Assembly: GCA_964411375.1 (NCBI GenBank)
Contig: CAYPKR010000003.1
Coordinates: 7,237 to 71,236, forward strand
Reading direction: 5' to 3'
Origin: an uncultured Candidatus Saccharibacteria bacterium
GTDB lineage: Bacteria > Patescibacteriota > Minisyncoccia > Phycocordibacterales > UBA12088
Length of the DNA stretch: 64,000 bases
Positions 19,164 through 29,867 of the stretch are shown in pieces (positions within the stretch are counted from its first letter, which is position 1; the number at the start of each line of letters is the position of its first letter). The translations under genes and the position numbers were made by a program. The notes under the pieces are model-generated. The model was not told the DNA's origin, searched no databases, and worked only from the letters and a program-made list of their open reading frames with translations.

Positions 19164-20213
19164 ATGCGTATTCTCATCTGTACGCAGAAGGTAGATAAAA
19201 ACGATTCGGTGTTGGGATTTTTCCACCGATATCTTGTTGAGTTTGCAAAACATTTTGATCAAGTCACCGTAATCGCACTCGGGGTTGGCGAATATGATCT
19301 TCCTAAAAATGTTCGCGTCTTTTCGCTCGGCAAAGAAAATGGCGCAGGAACTTTTTCATATGTTCGCCGATTTGTACCACTCATCATTCGCGAGAGAAAA
19401 AACTATGATGCGGTTTTCGTCCACATGAGTGTTGAATTTGCGATGCTCGGCGGTCTCATCTGGAAATTTATGCGAAAGCGCATTGTCATGTGGTACACGC
19501 ATCGGCAGGGAAGCATGCGCCTTAAGATCGGGTCGTTTTTTGCCGATTCGATTCTCACTGCTGCAGAAGAAAGCTATCCGTATCAAACGCCAAAGCGCCG
19601 AGTGATTGGGCATGGAATCGAAACTGCAAGGTTTCAGTGTCTGACTGATTTGGAGCCGCATATTCATCTTGAAATTCTCACTGCTGGGCGAATTACCCGA
19701 ATCAAAAATTGCGATACGCTTCTTGAAGCAGTTGCAAAATTGCGAGATCAAGGGCTTACCGTACACGCGACATTTCTTGGTTCGCCAGTAACCCCCGACG
19801 ATAAAAAATACGAGGAAGAACTTCTTGTGCTCATTAAAAAATTGGATATCGCGGATCTCGTGTCATTTCCCGGCTCCATTCCGAATGCAGAAATCTCGTC
19901 GTGGTATTGCAAATCAGACATTGTGACCAATATGACGCCAACAGGCGGTCTTGATAAAACAGTGATTGAGGCAATGGCAGCAGAGCGTATTGTGATTGTG
20001 TCGAATGAAGCCTACAAACCCCATTTTGGTACTCACGCCCCCGATCTGATTTTTAAAGAACGTAACAGCGACAGTCTTGCCTCAAAAATAAAATCATTTG
20101 TCGATCCTGAAGCGCGTGCGCCGATTGTAGAGTATCTCCATAAGTATGCACTGGATAATTTTGACGTAGTGGCAATTGTTCAAAAGATAAGTAGCGCGCT
20201 CAAAAATGGATAA
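19164..20213 (+). CDS. glycosyltransferase family 4
   Basis: GHGI, GRITRIKN and GGLDKTVIEAMA. Confidence 0.85.
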   Translation: MRILICTQKVDKNDSVLGFFHRYLVEFAKHFDQVTVIALGVGEYDLPKNVRVFSLGKENGAGTFSYVRRFVPLIIRERKNYDAVFVHMSVEFAMLGGLIWKFMRKRIVMWYTHRQGSMRLKIGSFFADSILTAAEESYPYQTPKRRVIGHGIETARFQCLTDLEPHIHLEILTAGRITRIKNCDTLLEAVAKLRDQGLTVHATFLGSPVTPDDKKYEEELLVLIKKLDIADLVSFPGSIPNAEISSWYCKSDIVTNMTPTGGLDKTVIEAMAAERIVIVSNEAYKPHFGTHAPDLIFKERNSDSLASKIKSFVDPEARAPIVEYLHKYALDNFDVVAIVQKISSALKNG

Positions 20214-21348
20214 GCCTGACATTATGTACCTCGCTGCGATGCGCTTTCCTTCGGAGCGTGCACACTCCGCACAGGTGGCGATGACTTCCGCCGCGTTTGC
20301 GACCCTTGGACAGAAAGTCGAAATTGTTATTCCATCGAGACGGGGAGCTGTCAAAGGAGATCCATTTGAGTATTTTAAAATCCCGAAAAACGAAAACCTC
20401 ACCGTTACTACGCTCAAAGTACCTGACACCATTCGCTTCGGTCGGTTTGGATTTTGGTTTCACCATGTATGTTTTGCGCTTCGAGCACGAGCACATGCGC
20501 GCATTCGAAATCCACACGTCCTGTATTCTCGGGACGAATCAGTACTATTTTTTTTCCGTAATTTCGGAATCCCGTTTGTATGGGAATCACATCTTGGTAA
20601 ATGGAATATACTCGCACACTCGGTTGCAGAGAAATGTAAAACACTTATTGTCATCAGCCGCGGACTTCAGAATTTTTACAGAGATCGAGGCATTTCACTT
20701 GCAAAAATAACTGTCGCGCCAGATGGCGTATCACTTGAATCATTTGAAACAACGGAAAGTAAAGAAACTGCACGCGGACGACTTGGTTTGCCGATCGATG
20801 GGGTCATCGTCATGTACATCGGTTCACTTGAAAAATGGAAAGGATACGATACGTTTGCACGTGCGGCAAAATTTTCCACTGCACGATTTGTGGTGATTGG
20901 TGGAAAAGATCATGAGGTAGAGAGGCTGCGTAAAGAATTTCCAAGCGTACTATTTCTTGGTGCGCGTCCATATGCCGAACTTCCGGGGAATCAGAGGGCT
21001 GCTGATGTTTTGGTTATACCGAATACCGCAAAAGACATCGTATCGCTCCAATTTACTTCGCCGCTCAAATTATTTACTTCACTTGCGTCGCATGTGCCGA
21101 TTGTTGCAAGTGATATTCCCTCAATCCGCGAGATCGCTAATGCAGGTGAAGTATTCTATGTGCGCCCTGATGACCCGGAAGCACTTGCGAAGGGTGTGAA
21201 CGAAGCGCTGCATCCACTGGAAGGTAAAAAACGCGCAGACGCAGCGTACCAAAAGTCACGATCATTTTCATGGGAAGCAAGGGGGAGGACGATTCTTGAA
21301 GCCGTCGGTCTTTTGCCTGAGCACGCTATTGCGTCAAATCAGCCATAA
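20206..21348 (+). CDS. glycosyltransferase family 4
   Basis: APDGV, YIGSLEKWKG and TSPLKLF..PIVASD. Confidence 0.85.
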   Translation: MDKPDIMYLAAMRFPSERAHSAQVAMTSAAFATLGQKVEIVIPSRRGAVKGDPFEYFKIPKNENLTVTTLKVPDTIRFGRFGFWFHHVCFALRARAHARIRNPHVLYSRDESVLFFFRNFGIPFVWESHLGKWNILAHSVAEKCKTLIVISRGLQNFYRDRGISLAKITVAPDGVSLESFETTESKETARGRLGLPIDGVIVMYIGSLEKWKGYDTFARAAKFSTARFVVIGGKDHEVERLRKEFPSVLFLGARPYAELPGNQRAADVLVIPNTAKDIVSLQFTSPLKLFTSLASHVPIVASDIPSIREIANAGEVFYVRPDDPEALAKGVNEALHPLEGKKRADAAYQKSRSFSWEARGRTILEAVGLLPEHAIASNQP

Positions 21349-21352
21349 CTCT

Positions 21353-21802
21353 ATGATGCCGAGAAGCTTATCTATGCAGATTCCTCACATTCTACAAAAA
21401 CCGCTCAATCTACTCCTTGCGCTCCCACTCGGCATACGCTTTATTATTGCTGGCGGCACTGGTACCGTATTCAATCTATGCGTTCTCTACGTTCTGACGG
21501 ATTTCTTCGGAGTTTGGTATCTGGCATCGACTACAATTTCGTTTTTGGTTGGATCGGTGTTTAGTTTCACTCTGCAGAAATTTCTAACCTTTAGACATAC
21601 AAACGCTTCGGGACTTCAACGCGAATTCCCAATCTTTCTTACGGTCGGTGGAATCAACTTGTTCTTAAATAGTGCGCTTATGTACACGCTCGTCGATATT
21701 GTTGGAGTATGGTACATGCTTGCGCAAATTATTTCGACCGGCATTATTTCAATTGAAAGCTTCATTACCTATCGCTATATTGTCTTCAAAAAGCCGCAAT
21801 GA
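21353..21802 (+). CDS. GtrA-family lipid-linked sugar flippase
   Basis: RFIIAG-x-x-GT, four TM helices, FTLQKFLTF and WYMLAQ; start uncertain (21353 or 21374). Confidence 0.8.
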   Translation: MMPRSLSMQIPHILQKPLNLLLALPLGIRFIIAGGTGTVFNLCVLYVLTDFFGVWYLASTTISFLVGSVFSFTLQKFLTFRHTNASGLQREFPIFLTVGGINLFLNSALMYTLVDIVGVWYMLAQIISTGIISIESFITYRYIVFKKPQ

Positions 21803-22749
21803 ATCCAATGAAACTCTCCATCGTCATTCCACTCTTCAATGAAGCACCGAGCGTTTCACATCTTGTTGATGCGCTCAAAAATGCGCTAGCGAAGCAGTCA
21901 AAATATGAAATCATCATCGTCGATGACGGTTCAAAAGACGCAACATGGAACGAACTTTCGAAATGCGGAGAAACATTTCCTGAACTTAAGAGTATTCGGT
22001 TATTCCGAAATGCCGGTCAGACAACCGCGCTGCAAGCAGGTATTGATGCATCCTCCGGCGAAATTGTCGTGACGCTTGATGGCGATCTCGAAAATAACCC
22101 AGCGGATATTGATCGACTGCTCGAAAAACTAGATGAAGGATACGATGTTGTTTCTGGATGGCGTAAAGATCGATGGAAGGGAAATACATTCACTCGCCGA
22201 ATCCCCTCAAAAATAGCAAATGCACTCATTTCATACATGACGGGACTGAAGCTTCATGATTATGGATGCACCCTAAAAGCGTACCGAAGGGAATATCTCA
22301 CCCCGCTTCGCTTGTATGGCGAAATGCATCGATTCATTCCGGCATACGCATCATGGTACGGTGCACGTATTGCAGAGATTCCTGTTCGATACACGCCACG
22401 GCGATTTGGTAAAAGTCATTACGGCATGGGTCGAATCTTCCGCGTACTTCTCGATCTTCTTTTAATTCGATTCCTTGAGAAGTATATGCATCGCCCGATT
22501 CACTTTTTTGGCGGTGCAGGAGCAATTTCACTTGCAATCGGAGGTGTTGCAGGTTTTCTCGCAATTGTTCTGAAGATCATTCATTTGAGAGATTTTGTAT
22601 CGACACCGCTTCCAATTTTCTCGGCCATGTTTTTAATCATCGGCATACAATTTATTCTGATGGGTATTCTTGCCGAAATATTGATGCGAACATATTTTGA
22701 ATCACAAGGACGAACCACCTATATCATTCGAGAAAAAATTAATTTTTAA
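21799..22749 (+). CDS. GT2 polyprenol-phosphate glycosyltransferase (ArnC/GtrB-like)
   Basis: SIVIPLFNE, VDDGSKD, LDGDLEN-x-P, DVVSGWR, LYGEMHRFIP and two C-terminal TM helices. Confidence 0.9.
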   Translation: MNPMKLSIVIPLFNEAPSVSHLVDALKNALAKQSKYEIIIVDDGSKDATWNELSKCGETFPELKSIRLFRNAGQTTALQAGIDASSGEIVVTLDGDLENNPADIDRLLEKLDEGYDVVSGWRKDRWKGNTFTRRIPSKIANALISYMTGLKLHDYGCTLKAYRREYLTPLRLYGEMHRFIPAYASWYGARIAEIPVRYTPRRFGKSHYGMGRIFRVLLDLLLIRFLEKYMHRPIHFFGGAGAISLAIGGVAGFLAIVLKIIHLRDFVSTPLPIFSAMFLIIGIQFILMGILAEILMRTYFESQGRTTYIIREKINF

Positions 22750-22759
22750 TGTAAAGCCC

Positions 22760-24631
22760 ATGTGCGGCATTGCCGGATTTAAAGGAGTTGGAAATGCTGC
22801 ATTCCTCGAGGAAGCGGTACGTCGATTGAAACATCGCGGACCCGACGACAGCGGCACATCGCTAATACAGGATGTTGGCTTTGCATTTGCGAGGCTTGCC
22901 ATAATTGACCTTTCACCGCTTGGCGCACAGCCAATGTGGAATGCTGAAAAAACGGTCGGGATTGTTTTTAACGGCGAGATATATAATTTTGAAGAGCTGC
23001 GAGTCGACCTTGAAAAATGTGGGCACACATTTCAGGGACATTCTGATACGGAAGTACTCCTTCATGCGTACATGGAATATGGTACGGAGTGTTTCAAAAA
23101 GTTGAATGGAATGTTTGGGCTTGCGATTTATGATCAGAAAAAAGACGCACTTATTCTTGCACGCGATCGATTTGGTAAAAAACCACTCTATTGGAGTAGA
23201 ATGAGCGACACAATCGTATTTGGATCCGAACTCAAGGCAATACTCGCACATCCCAAAGTGCAGCGGGAGCTCGATCCTGATGCACTTTCAGCATATCTTT
23301 TTTATGAATATGTGCCGACTCCGGGATCCATTTTTAAAAACATTCATAAACTTGAGCCAGGTTCTGTACTTACCTTTGAGAAGGGAAATATAACCATCAA
23401 TTCATTTTGGGAGCCACCGAAAACTATCGCCCCACTTTCATTCGATGAAGCGCTTAAAGAATTTGATCGCCGTCTCTCGGAGAGTGTACAGCGACGTATG
23501 GTATCGGATGTTCCGCTTGGCGTGTTTCTCTCCGGCGGAATTGATAGCTCGACGATCGCGTATTATGCGCGTCAGCATACCGATAAGCCACTTCAAACAT
23601 TTTCAATCGGATTTGATGAAAAATCATTCGATGAATCATCCTATGCGCGTGAGGTAGCAAGACATCTTGGCACTGATCATCATGAAATGACCGTCCACTC
23701 ATCTGATATTCTTCGTGCAGTCACCGAAAAACTCCCTGACGTTCTTGATGAACCATTGGCAGACGCATCCATTCTCCCCACACTCTTTTTGTCGGAGTGT
23801 GCTAGAAAAAATGTCACCGTCACTTTGGGTGGCGATGGCGCTGACGAACTTTTGTTCGGGTATCCGACATTTACGGCAGAACGATTTGCTTCGCTGTATT
23901 CAACTCTTCCACATCCCGTACATTCAATATTTTCGGGAATGGTGGGGATGATGCCAGCTTCTGATTCGTACCTCAACCTCAAATTCAAAGGAGCACAATT
24001 TTTGAAAGGTTTTAATGGGGACGCTAGATATCGACATGAGAGATGGTTGTCGGCATTTGACGAATCATTGATTCAAACTACTTTGAAAAATGCGCCATCA
24101 AACGAAACACTCGGACATCTACTATTTGATCATATCGATTCCATTAGAAAACGAGTAAGTGAAATGGAGAGCTGGAATTTGCTTAGTTTTGAGTACGCTT
24201 TTACGTACCTGATGGACAAAGTATTAGTGAAAGTCGATCGAGCAAGCATGGCACAGTCGCTTGAAGTTCGTGCGCCATTTCTCGACTACACACTTGCTGA
24301 ATTTTTATTCACCCTTCCTTCCTCATATAAATATCGTGGCGGCACCGGTAAATATATTCTTCGAAAATTAATGCAGGATCGCTTACCTCATTCTGCAACT
24401 ACGCGGAAGAAGCAAGGATTTGCGATGCCAGTAAGTGCCTGGCTTCGAAGCGAACTTCGTCCGCTCCTCACTGAACTTCTCGAACCTACCAGGATTCAGA
24501 AGCAAGGATTATTTGATCCAAAGATGATACAAAAAATGGTTGAGAGACATGTCGAGCGGCAGAGAGACTGGCACAAAGAACTTTGGACACTTCTTATCTT
24601 CCAATTATGGTACGACCGATGGTATTCGTAG
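22760..24631 (+). CDS. asnB: asparagine-synthase-like glutamine amidotransferase (glycan-locus type), copy 1
   Basis: MCGIAG, HRGPD, FNGEIYN, LSGGIDSS, GDGADE and DRASMAQSLEVRAPFLD. Confidence 0.9.
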   Translation: MCGIAGFKGVGNAAFLEEAVRRLKHRGPDDSGTSLIQDVGFAFARLAIIDLSPLGAQPMWNAEKTVGIVFNGEIYNFEELRVDLEKCGHTFQGHSDTEVLLHAYMEYGTECFKKLNGMFGLAIYDQKKDALILARDRFGKKPLYWSRMSDTIVFGSELKAILAHPKVQRELDPDALSAYLFYEYVPTPGSIFKNIHKLEPGSVLTFEKGNITINSFWEPPKTIAPLSFDEALKEFDRRLSESVQRRMVSDVPLGVFLSGGIDSSTIAYYARQHTDKPLQTFSIGFDEKSFDESSYAREVARHLGTDHHEMTVHSSDILRAVTEKLPDVLDEPLADASILPTLFLSECARKNVTVTLGGDGADELLFGYPTFTAERFASLYSTLPHPVHSIFSGMVGMMPASDSYLNLKFKGAQFLKGFNGDARYRHERWLSAFDESLIQTTLKNAPSNETLGHLLFDHIDSIRKRVSEMESWNLLSFEYAFTYLMDKVLVKVDRASMAQSLEVRAPFLDYTLAEFLFTLPSSYKYRGGTGKYILRKLMQDRLPHSATTRKKQGFAMPVSAWLRSELRPLLTELLEPTRIQKQGLFDPKMIQKMVERHVERQRDWHKELWTLLIFQLWYDRWYS

Positions 24632-24699
24632 GTAGTCACTCGATTGCTTGACGGAGAGGGAATTGGTTGAAAGAATGAATCATCATCAAGAGAACCGGC

Positions 24700-26499
24700 A
24701 TGCATCCCTTCCTATTTTCTCGGCTTAAGACCGGTACTCGAATCCATATTCTCGGGATCGTATTTTCGCTCCTCGCGGGAGCTGTTATCGTTGCTCCACA
24801 CTTGTGGTTTATCGTCCATTCCGGAAGTGCGTATCAAGGTATTCAACTCTTTGGAGCAGATGCTGAGACGAGCTATCTCACCCGCATCCAGGAAGCCGCG
24901 GAGACGGGAGATGTAGCTAACCCGTATATCTTCGAAGAAAAGGGAACGTTGCCGTCATCCTACGATACCTATATCGAATATGCGCTCGCACTTCCGACTA
25001 TTTTCTTCCATGTTCCGGTTGCAACAATGAATCTGTGGTACAAGTTTTTGCTTCCTGCAATCGCATTTTTCCTCGCGTATCTTCTTGCGTATCGTGTAAC
25101 TGGGCGGAGAAGCGCCTCTCTCCTTGCCGCTTCGCTTGGGATTCTTGGACTTCAATTATTTTCAGTCAGCGATATTCGATTTTTTCTCGGACATGCGCCA
25201 GTGGGGTATGAACCGTTTACCAATTTTGTGAATTACGGACGTCCAGTAAATCCAGAAGCAAGCGGCATTGTTTTCTTCGTCTACCTGCATTTGTTGTGGT
25301 CATTCTGGACTGCGGCAAGTGGATGGACGCTTCCCCTAATGCGTCGAAAGTTCTTCCTCATTATGGCGCTCGCAACGGTATACGCTGCATCGTTCTACGT
25401 CTATTTTTATACGTGGACATTTTTTACAGTTCTGAATGGTCTCTTCTTCCTCGCATGTATCATAGAGCGTCGATTTCGAGACGCGGTGCATTATTTGTTC
25501 ATAACCGCTCTCGGACTTCTCGCCGCGATTCCGTATTTTTTGAATCTCATCGCGTTCACTTCACATCCGTACTACGCCGATATTTCAAAGACATTTGGGT
25601 TTGTCATCTCCCATACGCCAAGAATAAGTACCGGTGGACTCGCAACTATCATTCTATTTACGTGTGTTGCGCTCTGGTGTGATCGAAGGCAATTGATGAA
25701 ACCTCGTGGTACCGCAATGTATTTGGGAGTTCTACTTCTCACAACGGTTATTGTTATCAATCAGCAAATTCTTACGGGTCGGTTGCTGCAAGAAGGGCAT
25801 TATCATTGGTATTTCAACACCCCAATTTTTGCGCTCGCAATCGCGTGGTCATTTTCAAAGATTTCGGAACGTATTCGGATTCGTCACTTATTGTCAGGTA
25901 TCACGCTTTTCGTTATTCTTGCCGCGTTTGGAACAACGATATACATTCAAATTTTAAGTTATCGCGCGCAGGAAGCGGTGGCGCTTTCTGACCAAGTCTA
26001 TGCGCCACTATTTACATGGTTGAATAAAAATGCCGCGCCTGAATCAGTACTTCTTGCTGATCACCGTATTTCGGAATGGACACCAGTGTATACGCATTTA
26101 AATGTGTATTGGAGTGATTACAACTTTACGTATTTGACTCCGCGATTCCGTGTCATGCATGCGCTCTTTATGTATCTTAAACTCTACGATATTCCGCCAT
26201 CTGCGATGCCAGAGTCTGCATTCCATCCACCTACCGATACTGCCGAGGCCGCGTTTGCACACAAAGAAACAGCAATTTTGGTAGGGAACCATCGCGAGTA
26301 TCTCTACGGATTTTATCCAGACGGCATGGCATACTTGAATACGCTCTTTTGGAATGGGCCGTTTGAGAAGCGTCTCCATGATTATCGAATTGACTATATT
26401 GCGGTCGACATGCGGTTTGAATCAAATTGGATTTCCAAAATACCTCCGAGTGCAAAGAAAGTTTTCGAAGAAGGTCCAATCGTACTCTACCAACTCTAA
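24700..26499 (+). CDS. multi-TM membrane protein, GT-C-like glycosyltransferase candidate
   Basis: About 12-13 TM helices, D-x-x-x-x-Y..NPY-x-x-E first loop, soluble C-terminal domain ending YRIDYI. Confidence 0.55.
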   Translation: MHPFLFSRLKTGTRIHILGIVFSLLAGAVIVAPHLWFIVHSGSAYQGIQLFGADAETSYLTRIQEAAETGDVANPYIFEEKGTLPSSYDTYIEYALALPTIFFHVPVATMNLWYKFLLPAIAFFLAYLLAYRVTGRRSASLLAASLGILGLQLFSVSDIRFFLGHAPVGYEPFTNFVNYGRPVNPEASGIVFFVYLHLLWSFWTAASGWTLPLMRRKFFLIMALATVYAASFYVYFYTWTFFTVLNGLFFLACIIERRFRDAVHYLFITALGLLAAIPYFLNLIAFTSHPYYADISKTFGFVISHTPRISTGGLATIILFTCVALWCDRRQLMKPRGTAMYLGVLLLTTVIVINQQILTGRLLQEGHYHWYFNTPIFALAIAWSFSKISERIRIRHLLSGITLFVILAAFGTTIYIQILSYRAQEAVALSDQVYAPLFTWLNKNAAPESVLLADHRISEWTPVYTHLNVYWSDYNFTYLTPRFRVMHALFMYLKLYDIPPSAMPESAFHPPTDTAEAAFAHKETAILVGNHREYLYGFYPDGMAYLNTLFWNGPFEKRLHDYRIDYIAVDMRFESNWISKIPPSAKKVFEEGPIVLYQL

Positions 26500-26508
26500 G
26501 TACTCCGT

Positions 26509-27387
26509 ATGAAAATAACAGTTACACTTCCGTCAAAATGCCCGCTCTGTCTCCATCCGCATACCACTTTTTATGCGAGACGACGTGGGTACGATCTGTT
26601 CAGATGCGACTCCTGTAGAGTAATTTTTGTATTTCCGCCGCCAGAGCATGTCGAAGAAGTCTACAGTGCTGATTATTTTACCGGCGCGGTTAATGGACAT
26701 GGCTACGTCGATTATGAGCGAGAAAAACTCGCGATGATCGACACATTTAAGGAATATTTGAGGCGGATTAAAAATCGAAAACCAACTCCTGCCCATCTTC
26801 TTGATATTGGCGCGGCAACTGGCACCTTTATAGAACTTGCAATTGAAGCGGGATATACCGCAGAAGGAGTGGAACTTTCTGCATATGCGGCTGAAGCAGC
26901 AAGACAAAAGGGTCTCAAGGTGCAGACGGGAAAAATCGAGGACGCATCATTTTCACCTGAATCCTTTGACATCATCACGATGTTCGATGTGTTCGAACAC
27001 ATCAGCAATCCGATCGAAGTACTCGGGGCGGCAAAAAAACTCCTGAAGCCGGGAGGTATTATTGTCGTCAACACGGTTGATGCAGATAGTTTGTATGCAC
27101 GAGTCCTTGGAAAATATTGGCATCTCATCGTGCCTCCAGAACATTTGTTGTATGTAAGCGTCTCAAATTTTGGAGCATTCCTTACGCGGAATGGATTTCA
27201 ACCACTTGAATCTGCAAAAATTGGAAAATCATTTCCGTTTCCATATGTCCTCTCAACATTTGCCCGTTGGGTTCGCATAGAGTTTCTCGAATCCCTCGCA
27301 AGAAAAAGTGGCAAAACACCGCTCCAAAAATTACGCCTTCCGATACATCTCCGCGATCTTTTCTTTATGATTGCTGAAAAAAAATGA
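26509..27387 (+). CDS. class I SAM methyltransferase with an N-terminal Cys4 motif
   Basis: CPLC..CDSC, LLDIGAATG, FDVFEHI-x-x-P and PPEHL. Confidence 0.85.
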   Translation: MKITVTLPSKCPLCLHPHTTFYARRRGYDLFRCDSCRVIFVFPPPEHVEEVYSADYFTGAVNGHGYVDYEREKLAMIDTFKEYLRRIKNRKPTPAHLLDIGAATGTFIELAIEAGYTAEGVELSAYAAEAARQKGLKVQTGKIEDASFSPESFDIITMFDVFEHISNPIEVLGAAKKLLKPGGIIVVNTVDADSLYARVLGKYWHLIVPPEHLLYVSVSNFGAFLTRNGFQPLESAKIGKSFPFPYVLSTFARWVRIEFLESLARKSGKTPLQKLRLPIHLRDLFFMIAEKK

Positions 27388-29129
27388 TTCGCCTCGTTTT
27401 ACTATTTTCTCTCTCCTCGATTGTATTGACGCTTTTTCCAGCGGCATTGGTCTATCGTGCTGCAGGAGGGAATTGGCAAGGAGTGCCGCCAGAGCTTATC
27501 ACTGATAGTCTCTACTATTACGCCCAAATCCATGAAGTTCGAGACGGTTACCCAAAAGTCGGTAATCCATTTTTTAAGGAGCATCAAAATGAAATTGCTC
27601 CTGCATTTTTCCTTCCAGTCGATATTGCCGCAATCCCTATGTATTTTGGTGCGTCCATCACAGCGACGGCACTCATTGATTTATTCTTCTTTACTGGTGT
27701 ATTTTTATTTCTCGCATACTTGATTCTTCGCGCATGTGAACTCCCACGAATGTTTGCATATCTGGGGTCGCTCATCGCGTATCTTGGCGCGTATATGTTT
27801 ATGGTACGGCCGGTTGCGATGCAGATCGTATTTCCAACCTTTCTGTTTTTCCTTCTTTCATACCTGTATTTTCTCCGCGCTCCCGGAAGAAAATCAGCAG
27901 TCATCCTTGGGCTCGGCATTCTACTCGCACCGTACACCTACACGTATCTTGCGTACATCGTGATTGGAACAATGGCGAGTGGGGTCATTTCATTTTTGAT
28001 TTGGAGAAAGTGGAACGAACTCAAATGGCTTTTTGTCTCTGGTCTCATTTCAATAATCGGAGCAATTCCATTTCTATTTGGCATTTTCTTGCCTGAAATA
28101 CATCACCCACTGTATCCAGAAACGATTGTTCGAATCGGTATGGTCATGACTCATATTCCTGCGAATGAATTTTTCTATTACGGTCGTTGGGTACTACTCG
28201 TTCTGGTAGCGCTTCTTCTCGTACTGCGTGGAGCATTCCGTGACCGAATCCGTTCATTAGGGGATGATCCGCAAAATATATTCCTGCTCTCCAGTGGAGC
28301 GGGACTGCTTATTGCGGCGGGAAGCAATATCATAACCGGCGTTGAATTATCGCTCGCAATTCATATTGGCCGATTCATTATTTTGTGGCTCTCGCTTGCG
28401 GTAGCTATTCTTGGGTTCCGTTTCCTTATGCTTCCTAGATGGGAAATGCGCACACCAGTTCGAATTCTCGGTGCTCTCCTTATCATAATTATGGGAGTCA
28501 GTCTTATCCGAAATATTCCGCGTTCATTTGCTTTTGCAACAAAAGATAATCTTTCGCCAACTGCCGAGCTTCAAACATACGCCGAGCCACTCCGAGCACT
28601 GACACTTGGCACCGCGCCCGGAGCAGTTGTTTGGAGTAATGATACGCTCGCACGCTACATTCCGATCATGACAAATGATTATGTTCTGTATACCGAAGCG
28701 GGCGGACTTCAGCTTGTTGGAGACACCGAGATGATTGATCGCTATTTAGTATCCCGAATGGGAACTTCAAGCGAGGAAACACTTCGCAGTTCAATCGGCA
28801 AATATTTAGGCGCTGGTATTGGAAAAGAGCAACCAATCGCAATAAATCGAAGTGTCGCATGGTGCCTTCGTCTCAAAAAAATAATTCATAATCACGTTTG
28901 TGCAGAGCCGACAAGTGGTGAGCAAATTCTTGGTGATCAATTTTTTACTGAGTTGTTAGCACAATCAAAACAAATACAAAGTAACCGAATCGATACCCTC
29001 CGTAGATTCAATGTCGAGTATCTTCTTCTCGACAGTACCGTTGATCCGACGTTTAGTTCGTTTGGAGTTTCAGGAGAGCTCAAATGGAGCAATGATCGGT
29101 TCTCAATCTATCGTTTGAGCGATGAGTAA
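27384..29129 (+). CDS. multi-TM membrane protein, paralogue of 24700-26499 (GT-C-like candidate)
   Basis: DSLYY..GNPFFKEH first loop, many TM helices, FNVEYL near the C-terminus. Confidence 0.55.
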   Translation: MIRLVLLFSLSSIVLTLFPAALVYRAAGGNWQGVPPELITDSLYYYAQIHEVRDGYPKVGNPFFKEHQNEIAPAFFLPVDIAAIPMYFGASITATALIDLFFFTGVFLFLAYLILRACELPRMFAYLGSLIAYLGAYMFMVRPVAMQIVFPTFLFFLLSYLYFLRAPGRKSAVILGLGILLAPYTYTYLAYIVIGTMASGVISFLIWRKWNELKWLFVSGLISIIGAIPFLFGIFLPEIHHPLYPETIVRIGMVMTHIPANEFFYYGRWVLLVLVALLLVLRGAFRDRIRSLGDDPQNIFLLSSGAGLLIAAGSNIITGVELSLAIHIGRFIILWLSLAVAILGFRFLMLPRWEMRTPVRILGALLIIIMGVSLIRNIPRSFAFATKDNLSPTAELQTYAEPLRALTLGTAPGAVVWSNDTLARYIPIMTNDYVLYTEAGGLQLVGDTEMIDRYLVSRMGTSSEETLRSSIGKYLGAGIGKEQPIAINRSVAWCLRLKKIIHNHVCAEPTSGEQILGDQFFTELLAQSKQIQSNRIDTLRRFNVEYLLLDSTVDPTFSSFGVSGELKWSNDRFSIYRLSDE

Positions 29130-29863
29130 CGCTGACGAAGTCGCCACGGCATAATGAGTACTTCGTAAATGTAGCGATGTAATCCGCTCGATATTTTTGA
29201 ATACCCATTTTCTCGATTTTTGAATGTAATCGGTACTTCAAGAATTCGCGCACCTAAATAATGCGCGATAAGTTTCATTTCCATTTGAAAAGCAAATCCC
29301 GTTGCAGATACATCCTTGAATGCTTCGTGGCGAAGGAGTGGTGCGCGGAATGCTTGGAATCCCGCAGTCAAATCGCGAATGCCGGTTCCGGAAGCAGTTG
29401 TTGCATATATATTTCCGACACGACTTAAAATGATTCGACCAATTGGCCAATTCTCAAGTCTACCACCGCGTACATAGCGTGATCCGATCACCATTTCATG
29501 CCGTTTGATTTCTTCAAGAAAAACATCAATGACTGACGGATTATGTGAAAAATCAGAATCCATAGTAATGATCACGCTGGCTCTGGGATCATTTTCCAAA
29601 ATAGCTCCGAATGATTCGAGGTAGGCGCTTGCGAGCCCGAGTTTTTTTGGTCGGCTGTGAAGGCGAATATTCGGATTCTTAGCTGCCATTAGAGAAACGA
29701 GCGCTCCCGTTCCGTCAGGGGAATTATCATCGACAACAACGATTCCGATCGTGGGATAGAGTTTTGTTACGGCAGTAATCATCCGCTCGATATTTTCTCG
29801 TTCGTTATATGTGGGGATCACAACATATACGCCCCTTTCCGTATCGATCGACTGTTCCTGCAT
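29108..29863 (-). CDS. polyprenol monophosphomannose synthase-like GT2 (DPM1/Ppm1 type)
   Basis: VIPTYNERENI, VDDNSPDGTG, MDSDFSH-x-P, GSRYV-x-GG and FQMEM. Confidence 0.9.
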   Translation of the reverse strand: MQEQSIDTERGVYVVIPTYNERENIERMITAVTKLYPTIGIVVVDDNSPDGTGALVSLMAAKNPNIRLHSRPKKLGLASAYLESFGAILENDPRASVIITMDSDFSHNPSVIDVFLEEIKRHEMVIGSRYVRGGRLENWPIGRIILSRVGNIYATTASGTGIRDLTAGFQAFRAPLLRHEAFKDVSATGFAFQMEMKLIAHYLGARILEVPITFKNRENGYSKISSGLHRYIYEVLIMPWRLRQRYSSLKR

Positions 29864-29867
29864 AGAA